A stretch of DNA of 64,000 bases from the human T2T-CHM13v2.0 reference genome, Homo sapiens, in the NCBI RefSeq assembly GCF_009914755.1, contig NC_060947.1. One strand, given 5' to 3'. Position 1 is the stretch's first letter. Each line of letters begins with the position of its first letter. A model generated the notes under the pieces. It had not been told where the DNA came from and did not search any database. It saw only the letters and a list, made by a program, of their open reading frames with translations. Below are positions 1 through 13,400 of this stretch, piece after piece. The position numbers were made by a program, and so were the translations under genes.

Positions 1-2710
1 AGCTCTGAAATTGAGGCAGTAATAAATAACCTACCAGCCAATAAAAGCCCAGGATCAGACAGAATCACAGCTGAATTCTATCAGATGTACAAAGAAGAGC
101 TGGTACCACTTCTACAGACATGATTCCAAAAAGTTGAGGAGGAGGGACTCCTCCTTAACTCATTCTGTGATTCCAGCATCATCCTGATATCAAAACATGG
201 CAGAGACACAACAAAAAAAGAAAACTTCAGTCCAATATCCTTGATGAACATTGATGCAAAAATTCTCAAGAAAATACTGGCAAACTGAATCCAGCAGCAC
301 ATCAAAAAGCTTACCCACCATGATCAAGTATGCTTTATGCCTGGGATGCAAAGTTAGTTCAATATACACAAATCAATAAATGTGATTCATCATATAAACA
401 GAAGTAAAGAAAAAAACCACATGATTATTTCAATAGAAGCAGAAAAGGCTTTTGATAAATTTCGGCAGCACTTCATGTTACAAACTCTCAAAAAACTAGG
501 TATTGAAGGAATATACCTCAAAATAATAGGAGCCATCTCTGAGAAACCCACAGCCTACATCACATTGAATGGGCAAAAGCTGGAAGCATTCCCCTTGAAA
601 AGTGGCACAAGACAAGGATGCCTCTCTCACCCCTCCTATTCAACATAGTATTGGAAGTACTGGCCAGAGCAATCAGGCAAGAGAAAGAAATAAAGGGCAT
701 CCAAATAGGAAGAGAGGAAGCCAAGCTATCCCTGTTTGCAGACACATGATCTTATATCTAGAAAACCCCATAGTCTCAGCCCAAAAGCTCTTTAAACTGA
801 TAAACAACTTGAGTAAAGTCTCAGAATACAAAGTCAATGTAGAAACATTACTAGCATTCCTACAGAACAACAGTCAAGCTGAGAGCCAAATCAGGAATTC
901 AATCCCCTTCACAATTGCCAGAAAATGAATAAAATACCTAGGCGGTAGCTATTGTAAACAATAGTAAATAGGAGTAAATACAGCTAATCAGAAAGGTGAA
1001 AGATCTCTACAAGGAGAACTACAAACAACTGCTTAATGAAATCAGTGATGACACAAACAAATGGAAAAACATTTCGTGCTCATGGATAGGAAGAATTAAT
1101 ATCATTACAATGGCCATACTGCTCAAAGCAATGTATAGATTCAGTGCTATTTCTCTTAAACTACCAATGACATTTTTCACAAAACTAGAAAAAAACTATT
1201 TTAAAATTCATATGCAACCAAAAATAGCCCAAATAAGTAAGGCAATCCTAAGCAAGTGAACAAAGCTGGAAGCATCATGGTACTTGACTTCAGACTATGC
1301 TACACGGCAACAGTAACCAAAACAGCATGGTACTGGTATAAGAACAGACACATGGAACAATGGAACAGGATAAAGAGCCCAGAATTATGGCTGCACACCT
1401 ACAATGATCTGATCCTTGACAAAGCTGACATAGACAACCAATAGGGAAAGGACTCCCTATTCAATAAATGATGCTGGAATAACTGGCTAGAAGACTGAAG
1501 CTAGACCCCTTCCTTACACCATATACTAAAATCAACTCAAGATGGATTAAAGACTTAAATGTAAAACCCAAAACTATAAAAACCCTGGAAGAAAACCTAG
1601 TCAATACCATTCTAGACATAGGATCAGGCAAAGATTTTATGCCAAAGATGCCAAAAGCAATTGCAACAGAAGCAAAAATTCACAAATAGAACCTAATTAA
1701 GTTAAAGAGCACAACAAAAAAACTATCAACAGAGTAAACAGAGAACATACAGAATGGGAGAAAATTTTTGCAAACAATGTGTCTGACAATTGTCTAATAC
1801 ACGGGGTCTACAAGGAACTTTACAAGAAATTTAAAAGATAAAAGAAAACAACCCCATTGAAAAGTGGGTAAAGGACATGAACTTTTCCAAAAAAAAAAAA
1901 AAAAAAAAGACATATATGAGGCCAACAAGCATATGAAAAAAAGCTCAAAATCAGTGATCATTAGAGAAATGCAAATCAAAGCCAAAATGAGATACCATCT
2001 CATACCTCTTAGAATGGCTATTATGAAAAAGTCAAAAAAATAACATGCTGGCAAGGTTGCAGAGAAAGAGAAATGGTTATACATTGTTTGTGGGAGTGCA
2101 AATTAGGTCAACCATTGTGGAAAGTAGTGTGGTGATTCCTCAAAGACCTAAAAACAGAAATACCCTTTGACCCAGCAATTCCATTACTTGGTATATACCC
2201 AAAGGTATACAAATCATTCTGTAATAAAGACCCATGCATGCATCTGTTCATTGCAGTGCTTTTCACAGTAGAAAAGACAGGGCATCAACCTAAATGCCCA
2301 TCAATGATTTGATTGGATAAAGAAGATGTGGTAAATAAATATCATGGAATACTATGCAGTCATAGAAAAGAATGAGATTATGTCCTTTCCACGAACATGG
2401 CTGGAGCTGGAGGCCATTATTCTTAGCAAAGTAACACGGGAAGAGAAAACTAAATACCGCATGTTCTCACTTATAAGGGGGAGCTAAATGATAAGAGCTT
2501 AGGAACACAGAGAAGGAAACAACAGACACCAGGGTCTTCTTGAGGGGGGTGGGTGGGAGGAGGGAGAGGAGCAGGAAAAATAACTAATGGGTACTAGGAT
2601 TAATACCTGGGTGATTAAATAATCTGTACAGCACACCCCCATGACACAAGTTTACCTATATGACAATCATGCACATGTACCCCTGAACTTAAACATTAAA
2701 AAAGAAAAAA
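1..2710 (+). mobile_element. LINE-1 (older L1PA, roughly L1PA11-15), 3' part of ORF2 plus 3'UTR and A-tail; continues past the window start; inactive
   Basis: Frameshifted ORF2 RT-region peptides (382-648 IHHINR...KAFDK...[14 protein letters not shown]; 996-1259 KDLYKENYK...SWIGRINI). L1PA 3'UTR with G-rich tract at ~2544-2570 and A-rich tail ending ~2710. Confidence 0.95.
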
Positions 2711-3094
2711 GTGATAAATGTCATTTTATGCATTTAGTTAAAATCAATTTTCTCAGTTGTGGTTGTTGTTCATTGTAAAATACCTAATCTGTTTATTGCC
2801 ATCTCTTAAGCTACTTTCAAACAGAGTAGCCATCAGATATTTAACTGCTGTTCATATTTAATATTAAATATTTAACAAAAAAAGTTTATGGAATGAAAAT
2901 GAAAAAATATAGACCAGTAAGTCAGATATAAAACTTATTCAGTAGAATTCAGCTTTACTAGATTAATGTATATTTTATTTGGGTAGGCTAAGAGTAATTC
3001 TACCATTATCTCTATTAAATTCAGTCTAAATTTATACAACTTGGCAAGTGCTTGCTATGATTTTACCTTCTTCAGACTAGAAGTATACTTCCTT

Positions 3095-3290
3095 CTAGTA
3101 AGAGTCAAGTGATGAAGGTTCTAGTTTGTCCCTCTCCTTTTAACTTCCTGTGTGACATTAAGGCAAGTCACTTATCCTTTCTCAGCCCTATTTATATATA
3201 AAAGGGGAATTATAACCGCCTTACTTGCTTCCCTAAGTAGTTGGAAAAATTGAGTAAAAAACGTGAAAATTTGTTTGCAAAGTAAGAATA
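3095..3290 (+). mobile_element. MIR SINE fragment
   Basis: Core resemblance: tgtgtgacattaaggcaagtcacttatcctttctcagccc...taaaagggga. Confidence 0.65.
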
Positions 3291-3374
3291 TATATTTTTA
3301 TTTGTTTTATTCCTGCCTTCACTAGATTATAAGCTACTTTAAGGCAGAAACCACATTTTATTGTCTTATCCTAA

Positions 3375-4130
3375 TTTTCATTTATTAAGTACTGGTAACA
3401 TACTAGGCTGTGTTCTAGCTACTTGAAACAAAAAGATTAATAATGGCGTCTATTCTGGAAGAGCATATACTTTATTATATGGGAGGATGGAGGAGGGGAT
3501 TAAGTGGGAATGGCAGGCAAGCATTCAACCAATTATAATACTATAGACCTATGTAACAGAGGCATATACAAATACAAGAAAGTGCGATTGAAACAGAGAT
3601 GGGAAAGTTATTGATTCTGGCTTGTGGGAATCATATTGTTTCTCAGAGGAGATGGCTTTAAAAGCTGTTCCTGAAGCATAGGTAGGATATTTTTTCAGGC
3701 AAAGTTGGAAAGGAAGGGGATTCTAAGCAGAGAGAAGAACCAGGAGAAAGTACAGATGTGTAAAAGTACTTTGCATTTTCTGGAAAGACTGAGTAATTTG
3801 GTATTATTGAGGTGAAGGGTAAATGCCTGGGGAACTAGCTTGAGAAGATCCCAGAGAAGTTGGCTACGCTTAAGTTTTTAGAAGCTTGGAGAAAATATTC
3901 TCAGAAGAAAGATTGGTTAGAGGAAAAGGAGACCAGAGGCTGGGGGATTATCTAGAAGGCTGATGTAGTTCTCTGTAATGCTCAAAGAGATTTTGAGGAT
4001 TTGGCAGTGGCAATGGGAATGAAGAAGGGATTTGTTTGAGAACTATCGCTGAAATAACATTGACAAGATTTGGTGATTGAAAGAATAATGTAAGAGAGGG
4101 AAAATGAACATTTTCAGCTCTTGTGACTCA
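3375..4130 (-). mobile_element. L2 LINE fragment(s), highly diverged
   Basis: L2 3'-end-like tttattaagtactgg...ctaggctgtgttctag followed by purine-rich L2-like body. Confidence 0.55.
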
Positions 4131-4710
4131 GAACCACACACATTGCCTTGTACATAGGAAGAAGCTATTAAATTGTTGTCTAATCGGATTGATTAAAGCT
4201 CTTTGCTAGTAGCACATATTAATAATATTATCATAAAGTTAAAGCTTTAGTTTCTTTTCTAGGCTGCCATTCCAGTAACATTTGGGAGCATTAAATTCAC
4301 TATTAAATGATTTTTAAGGTCTCTAAGGGCAAGAAAACAATTCTGTTTTTCAAGTGAAAGTATAAAGAATTTATAGATTGGCTTTCTTGTTCTTGAAGAC
4401 AGAGAAATATAGATATTTGAAAACTTGCTAATTGCTATTATTTCAACAAAATTGGGTTGAAGTTTATATTTTCAGTATACTTAGTAAAAAGGCTTACTAT
4501 ACAGATTTATAGTAACTTTAATTAGAAGATTGCATTTGTAAAAATTTTTAATTACCTTAGATAATTCTCAAAAAAGGCCTCTGAAGTTAACTGAAAATAT
4601 ATTATCATACCCAAATGGTAGCTGAGAATGCTGATGCTTAAAAAAGTGAAATCACTTGTCTAAGTATGACAGCTAGTAAATTCCAGTGTCAGGAATTGCC
4701 TTCATCTTTT

Positions 4711-4949
4711 TTTTCTCAAATTGACTTATTTATTTTTTACATCGACATATAAAATTGTATTTATCATGTACAACACAATGTTTTGAAGTATGTATACAAT
4801 GTGGATAATAGCTAAGATATGGAAGCAACCGAATTGTTTATCAACAGATGAATAGATTTTAAAAATCTGGTATATATCCACAATGGTATAAAATTCAGCT
4901 ATAAAAATAACATTTTTTGTTGTAACAGCATGGGTGAATCTGGAGGACA
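4711..4949 (-). mobile_element. Short 5'-inverted L1MA-type insertion
   Basis: Minus-strand L1 3' end at 4726-4804 joined to plus-strand L1 sequence at 4805-4949. Flanking direct repeat tgccttcatctttt (4697-4710) / tgcccccatctttt (4950-4963), 12/14 identical. Confidence 0.7.
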
Positions 4950-4963
4950 TGCCCCCATCTTTT

Positions 4964-5045
4964 GATTTCAATTTTTGATTGAGACCCAGGAATATGATTT
5001 TCTAACAGGCTCCTCAGATTACTCTTCAACAGATAGCACTTGAGG
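4964..5045. mobile_element. MER5-like hAT-Charlie fragment
   Basis: gagacccaggaatatgattttctaacaggctcctcag resembles the MER5 core. Confidence 0.45.
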
Positions 5046-5429
5046 ATAAATACATTTGTAAACTAATCTGGGGAGTAAAAGACAAGAATAGAGTTTGGGA
5101 GGAGAATTATCTAAAACAGAAGTAGGTGTCTACGGGATTGTAATGGGATTGTAGAGGACTGTAGGGTAGAGTCTGGCAAACACGGAGAAGGAGTTAAACT
5201 TCTAAGCCCTTAACCCAATTCCTGAGTTCAGAAACATGGAGCAGTGCTTGTGGTGGTGGTACTGCTGTCTTTTTTGTTATTATTTGTGTATTTAAGCCAA
5301 CATCAAATTAAGCAGAAGTGGAGCAAATTTAAGTATAAAAAGTATCTGTCCTCCCTTACTTGGACCTAATTGTGAAAATGTGTTCATAACTTCCCTGGTG
5401 AAAGTCAGAATGCATATCTTGCAGCAAAA

Positions 5430-5540
5430 TATAAGCTCCAAGAGGGCAAGATCTTTGCCTGCTTTCTTCATTGTTCTCTCCTCAGAACCTAGAACCATGT
5501 CTGCTACAGACTATGTACTATAAAAATATTTATGGAATCA
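5430..5540 (+). mobile_element. L2 3' end
   Basis: ataagctccaagagggcaagatctttgcctg...cctagaaccatgtctg...aaatatttatggaat is a typical L2 terminus. Confidence 0.7.
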
Positions 5541-5984
5541 AATTTCCGGTGGAAAGACATGTTTTAAATGTATCCTTTGTTCTTGTTGTTAAGAAATGAT
5601 ACTGTTTCTGTAATTGAAGTCTCAAAAGGCTAAGATATCAGAACATAACATAAAAGCAATAGTTGTTTGGTTGCATTGCTGTTTATTGAACTTCCGTAAG
5701 TACTCCCCAAGACTGGACTGAGCACTGTTTGGAAAGGCATGATCGCAGTGGCTGTTGGGTCTTTTTGAAATAGAACTATTACTCTAGGTACATTATACAC
5801 TAAATAGACCTTTGTGAGCTGGCCTAGGGATATTACATTTAGAATGAGTTGCGTCAGTTGACTTGCAATTTAGGAAAAGTGGTAAATCGATGTTCAGGGG
5901 ATGACTATGAAATTATCTGAAAGATGTTTGCACCTTGGTAAGGTTTAATTTTTACTATTTTTTGATAATACTAATTATGATCCT

Positions 5985-6510
5985 TGTTTATTTATTCCAA
6001 AGCCTTTTATCCATGATCTGATTTATATTGGCACTCACAGCAGCAGCTCAATCGGATGGGAGATATTATTCCTATTTTATAGATGATATTTGAGACTTGA
6101 GCTAAAGCAAGGCACATCAAATTGTTTCAAAATTTGGTCTAGTTTTGTTGGTTATAGTTTTGTCTCCCTGTGGATGAGATAAAGTCACAGGGCTGGGTTC
6201 ACATCATTTAATTACTTTGAAAATTTAAAGTAACAAATATAAATTCAGAAACACTTTTCAAATTGTAGTTAAAGCAATAAGTGATGAGTACAGTTAGAAT
6301 AATTTGCTGCTTAGCACAAGTCCAACAATATAATAAAAGATAATAATTAAAAATAATTAAAAGTGAAGAATGTAATTTCCAAACATGTTCACATCTTATT
6401 TCACTGAATTCTTGAAATAATGTCTATTTTATGGGTAAGGAAACTGAGTTTCACAGGAAACAAATGACTTACCCAGGGCTATATAACTGGAAAGAGTCGT
6501 TCCACTTCTA
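5985..6510 (-). mobile_element. Two MIR fragments (~5985-6120 and ~6385-6510)
   Basis: cctattttatagatga and attttatgggtaaggaaactgag...aaatgacttacccaggg are MIR core motifs. Confidence 0.55.
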
Positions 6511-6633
6511 TAAAGTATATTTCTCCAAGTGTGCCCAATAGAAAATGAGTTTTGAAGATTTTAAAAGATTTCTCCCATCCCCTCCAGAATAAGAAGCTTT
6601 ATTTTCAAATAAGCCTGAGAAACACTGGGTTGA

Positions 6634-7134
<501 letters not shown>

Positions 7135-7219
7135 TAAGATGTGGTTTTCTATGTTCAAATGTTTGTAACTGAGTTATAACCTATTACCTACTGCCTACTC
7201 CAAATCAATAGCTTTCATG

Positions 7220-7370
7220 TTTTACAAAGTACTTTGATACATATTCTCTCACTGACTTTTCATAAAACTTGAGAGTTAAGTAGAGCAGACTTTTATCTCA
7301 TTTTATAGGGAAGGGAAATGACTTACTTGGAGGTCTACCACTAATAAATGATTAGAAGAGCTAGTGCAAT
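7220..7370 (-). mobile_element. MIR fragment
   Basis: acaaagtactttgatacat...tctcattttatagggaagggaaatgactt. Confidence 0.5.
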
Positions 7371-7819
7371 CTGCATTATATGTGTGAAGAACCAAACCCT
7401 GATCAGTCCCTTGCTAGGAAGTTGTCCCTGATGAACTACACTCATGTTATCATTCTGTTCATTCAGTATTACATATGAATTTGCACTCTTTGGTATATAC
7501 ATTCAGCCTGTTTTTAGGTCATTTTCACTGGGGCATAGTCCAAAAGGGGAAAAAAAAAAAGAAACTAGGTTTACTTGTTTTACAAATCCTCTCCTAGTTA
7601 GCGTTCTGTTGGCACATGGTGAAGAATGCGCTTCCCTGAGAATCTTTTGCACTTGATGATGGTTGTGTCTGAGTCTGTTTAGTACCTTGTGCCCTTGCAT
7701 TGCCTGTCTAAATGAACACTGTTGATAAAGTATGTACTGCATTTGTAAAATGTACAATGATTTGTACACTTATCTGCTGATAGAATAAAATACAAATGTA
7801 TTCATTTGACTTATGAGGA

Positions 7820-8010
7820 AGGCGTCATGATACAATAGAAAGATACCAGAAGCCAGACTAGAGTCAGAAGACAGTAGTTCAAGTCATGGCTCCTGAATTT
7901 ACAAATATGTAGTCATGGCAAAGTCATTTAGCCTTGCTAAATCTCTTTCCTCATCTGTAAATGGGAAACATAATAGCCTGTTTGCTTCGTTGGGTGTAAA
8001 CTGTCTTATT
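7820..8010 (+). mobile_element. MIR SINE
   Basis: gagtcagaagac...ttcaagtcatggctc...ggcaaagtcatttagcct...tttcctcatctgtaaatggg. Confidence 0.75.
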
Positions 8011-8728
8011 TTCTTCACAGTTTTACTATCTGGAAGCCCATCTTTGGATCCTACCCCACCATAGTTTTCAAACCTAGCGTGTTGCCCACACATGAAATCG
8101 ATGTCAGTAACCCGAAGAGGCTAATGCACTTTCATAACATGGGATTTTTGTTCTCATATTTTTGGAGGGAAAGTAAGTTGCATAATTGGGTAAGCACCTT
8201 AAATCTTTTTTGTAATACATTTTTAAATTGATAATGTCATTTCTTAACATCATAAAGCAGTGATTTTCAAACTTAGGAGAACATTATAGACTAGAGGGAG
8301 CTTGTTAAATAGTATACATTTTCAAGTTTAACCCAAAGTTTCCATGGTTTTGGGTGGGAGAGTCACCATTAAAAACCATTTCAATCATGAAGAATCCCAT
8401 GAACAAAGATGTAAAATAAAATGACTTATGAAGATTAGTCAGGCACAGATACAAGTTCCCAGTTCTGAGTCCATTATTTTGTGTTTCAGGCCACTCTTCC
8501 GTCTCTGTTGCCAAGAAGGGGAGATATAGATTGGGTGATGTTCTTGTATGTCTTAGAACACAAATCCATTGTAATCTGGTTTCATGAACTCTATAATCAG
8601 TCTCTGTGCAAATCTATGCATCATATTGCTTTGGCACTGGTGCGAGGATCATTTTAGTGGATGTATTGCATCCACAGAATTGACTGGGTGTATGCTAAAA
8701 TATATGTGCACCAAAAATAGATTTTTAG

Positions 8729-8844
8729 CCTCATTTATCTTGGTGTGATTATTACACATTGTGTGCCTGTATCAAAATATGTTGTGTACCCCATAAATAT
8801 AAACAATCTAGTAGAAAATAAAAAATAAAATAAAAATAAAAATA
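8729..8844 (+). mobile_element. Very short 5'-truncated L1 (L1MA/L1PB-type 3' tip) with (AAAAT)n tail
   Basis: gtgattattacacattgtgtgcctgtatcaaaatat...gtaccccataaatat. TSD aaaaatagatttttag (8713-8728) / aaaaacagatttttag (8845-8860). Confidence 0.85.
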
Positions 8845-10294
8845 AAAAACAGATTTTTAGGATTTTGTTACTGATTATGATTCTGACAGAAGACAGTAAT
8901 GAATCTAGAAACTGTCAACAACAAACTTCTGTATTTTAAAATAAAACTATTTTTGTGGATCCATAAACAGACTGAGAAAGAGTATAATTTGGTGTTGCTA
9001 ATGTGAAAAGACAGGTAATGGGTGTTGGCGCTAAAGTTTTGACTTAAAACATTTATAATTGAGAATTATGCTTGTAATGATCTGCTTACACATCCTAAAA
9101 AGGAAGAAAAATACTTATTCATGTTACAAGATAAGTAGCTTTGAGGTAAAAATTTGGACTGAACCATTTTCTATACTATAATACTTATTTCAGCTTTATT
9201 TTATTCTACTTTAGTTTTTAATATTTTTCATTTCCATTACTTCATAGAGGCCCTGTAACAGTGTATTTGCTTTAGGTTAAAGAAAATAAAAGCAGAAACA
9301 CAACCCATCCCAGCAGGTTAAGCATTTCAGTCTGCCCTCTATAGTACTTTTTAAGTGTGGTAGTCATATTTTGTTACTCAATATTAATATAATTACAATC
9401 AGAAAATACTACAGTTTCTAATATAAGGTATGAATATATCATAAATGTTTCCTGATCACAAATAATAATAATTTTTTTTTTTGAAATTTAACTCCTGGGC
9501 AGACAGCATGTTTTAGAGGACTTTGAAATCTTACTAGGAAAAACATAAAAATGTAGCTTTTATTATCATCACATGGCCATTATAACTGTAAAATTGGTTG
9601 TGTTAAGAATTGAAGATCAGGGTTCATGGATTACATTGACAATTTTGTCATAAACTTCCTATTTAACTGTGAACATCCAACTTCACACCTTTTGTTCTTG
9701 AATTTACCTTCTGTAAAATATGGTAATAATATTTAACTATGTTATACAAGATGTTATGAAGCTTAACTTTCCTTTTTCAAGATTCCCAAATATAAAGGAC
9801 CATAAAAAATATTAGCACTATTACTCTGACTGCCATTTTTGTGACCAGTTTTAGCACAGTATGTATAAATAAATTGGTGAGTTATAGTGTCCTTTTTTCT
9901 ACTATGTAGTTCAAGAATTTTGCGTGTATCTTTCCCTTTTATTTCTCATGGACTCAAAGGAACTCACGGACTTGAAGGAACCATCTTGCACACCCCTTGA
10001 CTTAAGTTGAAAAATTATTTATTTTATTAATTGAGCAAGCATTTATTGGACACCTACATTCCAGCAATTGCGTTTTGTCCTGGAAGTTCAAAAATGGTAT
10101 TGTTCCTGTTCCTGCTTTTAGGGGGCTCAAAAGTATAAACCTAAAGTTTCTTCATCTGAGTCCTTCTACTATTGCTTTAGGTACAGTGCAGGAACGCAGA
10201 ATGCTGATAGGGCCAAACAAAGCATTTCAGTTGATCATGTCTACTGTTCATGATTATGTCTGCTATTTCATAGGCATGAAGCTTTAAGGCACTC

Positions 10295-10420
10295 AGTCTT
10301 AGTTTCCATCATTCATACATTATCTAGCTGTGAGACCTTGGGCACATCAGCTATGCTCCTTTGCATCACAGTTTTCTCACCTGTGATCTCTAAGACCTCA
10401 TTAGTTCTCAGTTTCTGTGG
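10295..10420 (+). mobile_element. MIR fragment
   Basis: tagctgtgagaccttgggcac...cagttttctcacctgt. Confidence 0.6.
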
Positions 10421-13400
10421 TTTCTATCTTCCACCTATGGATGTGGCACTTGTTTATAAAGGCAAAGAAGTTTGTTTCTTTTGATTAGCCTCATTAGACA
10501 ATCAAGACTGGCAAAGAGTGTCTGGGATGCCAGGTCTCCTATCAACCCTTGAGTAGATAACATCTTCCATGGTACGTTAAAGGGAAATGATGAGCTTGGT
10601 GATTCTATCTAACCCTCCGTAAACACAAACAAACTCTTAAACCAAGTTTGTTGTCTGCTTGGATTGCATTTCCTTAAATTAGAGCAATGAATCAAACTGT
10701 ATTTTACTTTGAGATTATTGTTATGTGTAGTGTTAAGTGAAGCCAGAAATGACACTTTTTATTTTTCAAACAAGGGGCTTTATGTGATTTACTGTACCTT
10801 TGTAGTAGGCTGATTTATCTTGCTCAGGATATCCTCATTGTTTGTATTCCTCAGAGTCCTTCGAAAACTCAATGCATAATTTCCATCCCAGTGCAGATAA
10901 CACAGGCTCCCCAAAAGTTTCAACTTAGAATCTGTGTTTTTCTTTTCCTCCTTCACATGAGTGAGTGGAAGGAGGCTTAGAGGGAGGAGCTGGCCTCCTA
11001 CCACTTGTGTATCATGGTCCAGCAACTCAATGCTTTAGGCCATTATTTCAAAATCCAATATATTCAAACTTTGGCCTCTGAGAGCAATAATATCAGTACA
11101 CAAGAACAACAGAGTGATAAATATAGAAATTTCATCAAGGAAAAGACTATATCCTGTCATTCTGAATCAATGTTTAGAAGATGATCTCAGCATTCACCAC
11201 CTACTATGGGCTTTAGCTTTGTGCTTATGAAGAAAAAAAATCATTAGAAAAGAAGGTGACTGTGCTTCTTTCAAATATTATGATGGCGTAACGAAATAAG
11301 TTTAATATATGCCAAGAGTGAGCTCCACTAACACTGTGATGATAATTTGATGTGAGTCCCTTTTGAGCCTTGCATAATTGCTGCCATGATAGGTAGTGCA
11401 GTGCAGTGAAGAATGGTTTGTGCATAGCCACCCAAAATTTGGCTGACTGGCATAACACAACTGTTAAATTTTCTAGTTTTATTTTTCTTCACAGTATTGG
11501 TTCATTTGTTACCATTAAAAATGCCCATTTTGTTCAAAAGCATGATTACTATCTCTATTTTTTTGAATTACATATTATATCATGATCACAAAAGCGATTT
11601 TGTATTAAAATGCATGTACTTTTTCATTTAGGATGTGTATAATTTTTCTGAGTGTGATTATATCCTTTTAAGAATACTAATTTAAAAAGCTCCCTCATTT
11701 AACCTTGTGAGAGTTTAATTTTTAAAAAAATCTCAAAAAGCAAAGGAATGAATTAGTAGTAACTTTATTGTTGTTAGTCTATGGACTTTGGTTTTGCAAA
11801 CTTCTGTTTAAGATTTCTTTGATAGTGAATTAAAAGAAAATAAAAGAAAGACAAGAAACACTGACATCAGCTCAAAAGGTTTTTGCTGATTTTTAGTTAA
11901 GAAAGCTCTCAATGGCTACTAGTCTTTCACCTGCAATCCAGTGTAATAAACCTTCACTGAAGAAGTCAAATTCTAGGGGAAAAAAAGTTGGAAGCCCACA
12001 CTTACACCATAAAACCTTGTTTATGACAACCATCAGTCTTCTAAGATATGCCCCACAATGGGATTTGGTAAAGCCATTACAAGTTGCCGTATGAGTTCCA
12101 TTTGCCTATAGTAAATAGAATGTCAGACGTGTCAGGGGGAAATAAATATTGGGCTGGTTAAAAGGGAGCAGAGATGGTTCAAAGCATCATTGAGAGGATT
12201 GATTTATCTGGCGTGCTGTAATGACTGCAGATGTGGATCTGTTATTCTAGATGAGCAATGCATTTGATGAGCTGATAACACAGGGCCAGAGAGGCCTGGT
12301 TTTAATTACTGATGAGGAATTTATTTGTGAAGCACTGTGATTTACTGAGGGTTTGTTCTGTTATTGATAGGTGACCTTGGGGCTTTTCTTTTCTGATGAG
12401 CCACAGAAAAGGAGCTTTTAAAAGAAATAATCAAACAGAAACTATTTTATCTGTACTTAGAATACAATGAAGTCATTTGAGATACATTGTTGGGGTGGAA
12501 GCTACGTTCTTGTTCTTGCTCACACAAAAAGTTTGCCGCTCTGATTTTTTGCTTATAAATTACTGCTGATTTCTACTCTTAAGTATATTTATATATTTTT
12601 CCTTTTAGGCAAGACTTGTTTCTGTGACTAGATATTGGTATCTATTTGTTTGCTTCTGTCATTAATATAAACTGTTGAAGCAGAATTGGAGGAAACATTG
12701 GGATGTCAAGCATAGCTGGCTCATTAAATAATAGCTAATTTGTGTACTATTCATTGGGAGTCAGAAGGGAGATTATGACTCTGGTATAGTTCTGTTGGTG
12801 ACCAGCAGTTTCTCATTCTTATGAATGATACAGAAAATCTAAATTAAAGAAAAGGAGGTCAAAAGAAGAGCAATCATTGGTATTCATAGTTTTAACTCCC
12901 CTTCAAGTTCAGGAATTTGACAAATGACATATTTTGGATATTTGTAGTGCTATTTGTACACCCTTTACCTTGGCAAAATATGGTTGATCTGGAAATCCTA
13001 AGTATGTTCTTTTAAATTTAAATTTGGTACTTTGAGGCTTTCATCTAAAGTATAAATTCAAGTGTGAGTTCCAAAGTGTCACTTGTCTATTTTATTTTAT
13101 TTCAACTAGCAGTTTACAGAAGTGATTCAGACTTTTGTGGAAAACATAGTAATTTCTGTATGTGCACTCTGTTAGAGTTGTTTGTAAAAAATGTTGAACC
13201 AGTTCATTTTATAGATAGTTTATTGTTTACCAGCTATTTAAAAAGTCACAAAAGAAAGACAACATCTGGACTTCAAAAGTTCCTAGAGAAGACCTGAATT
13301 GCATTGAATGGTATTTATATGTATAAACTACTGTGGTTCATTTGGGGAGTCAAGAATCGAGTCAACTGGGAGGTAGTCAACTAATTATCTTTTGCAATCT

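Noticed and set aside
2854-2871. AT-only palindromes (also 45210-45225) and 8-9 bp inverted repeats (~16681, ~41626)
   Set aside because: Expected by chance in very AT-rich sequence.
5873-5936. AG...GTAAGG-bounded exon-like segment
   Set aside because: Stop codons in all three frames and a weak pyrimidine tract.
12380-12415. CTGATGAG...GAAA resembling a hammerhead ribozyme core (also checked ~12309, ~27252 and some minus-strand instances)
   Set aside because: No pairable stem II between CTGATGA and GAAA and no stems I/III. It is only a weak U/A-rich hairpin.
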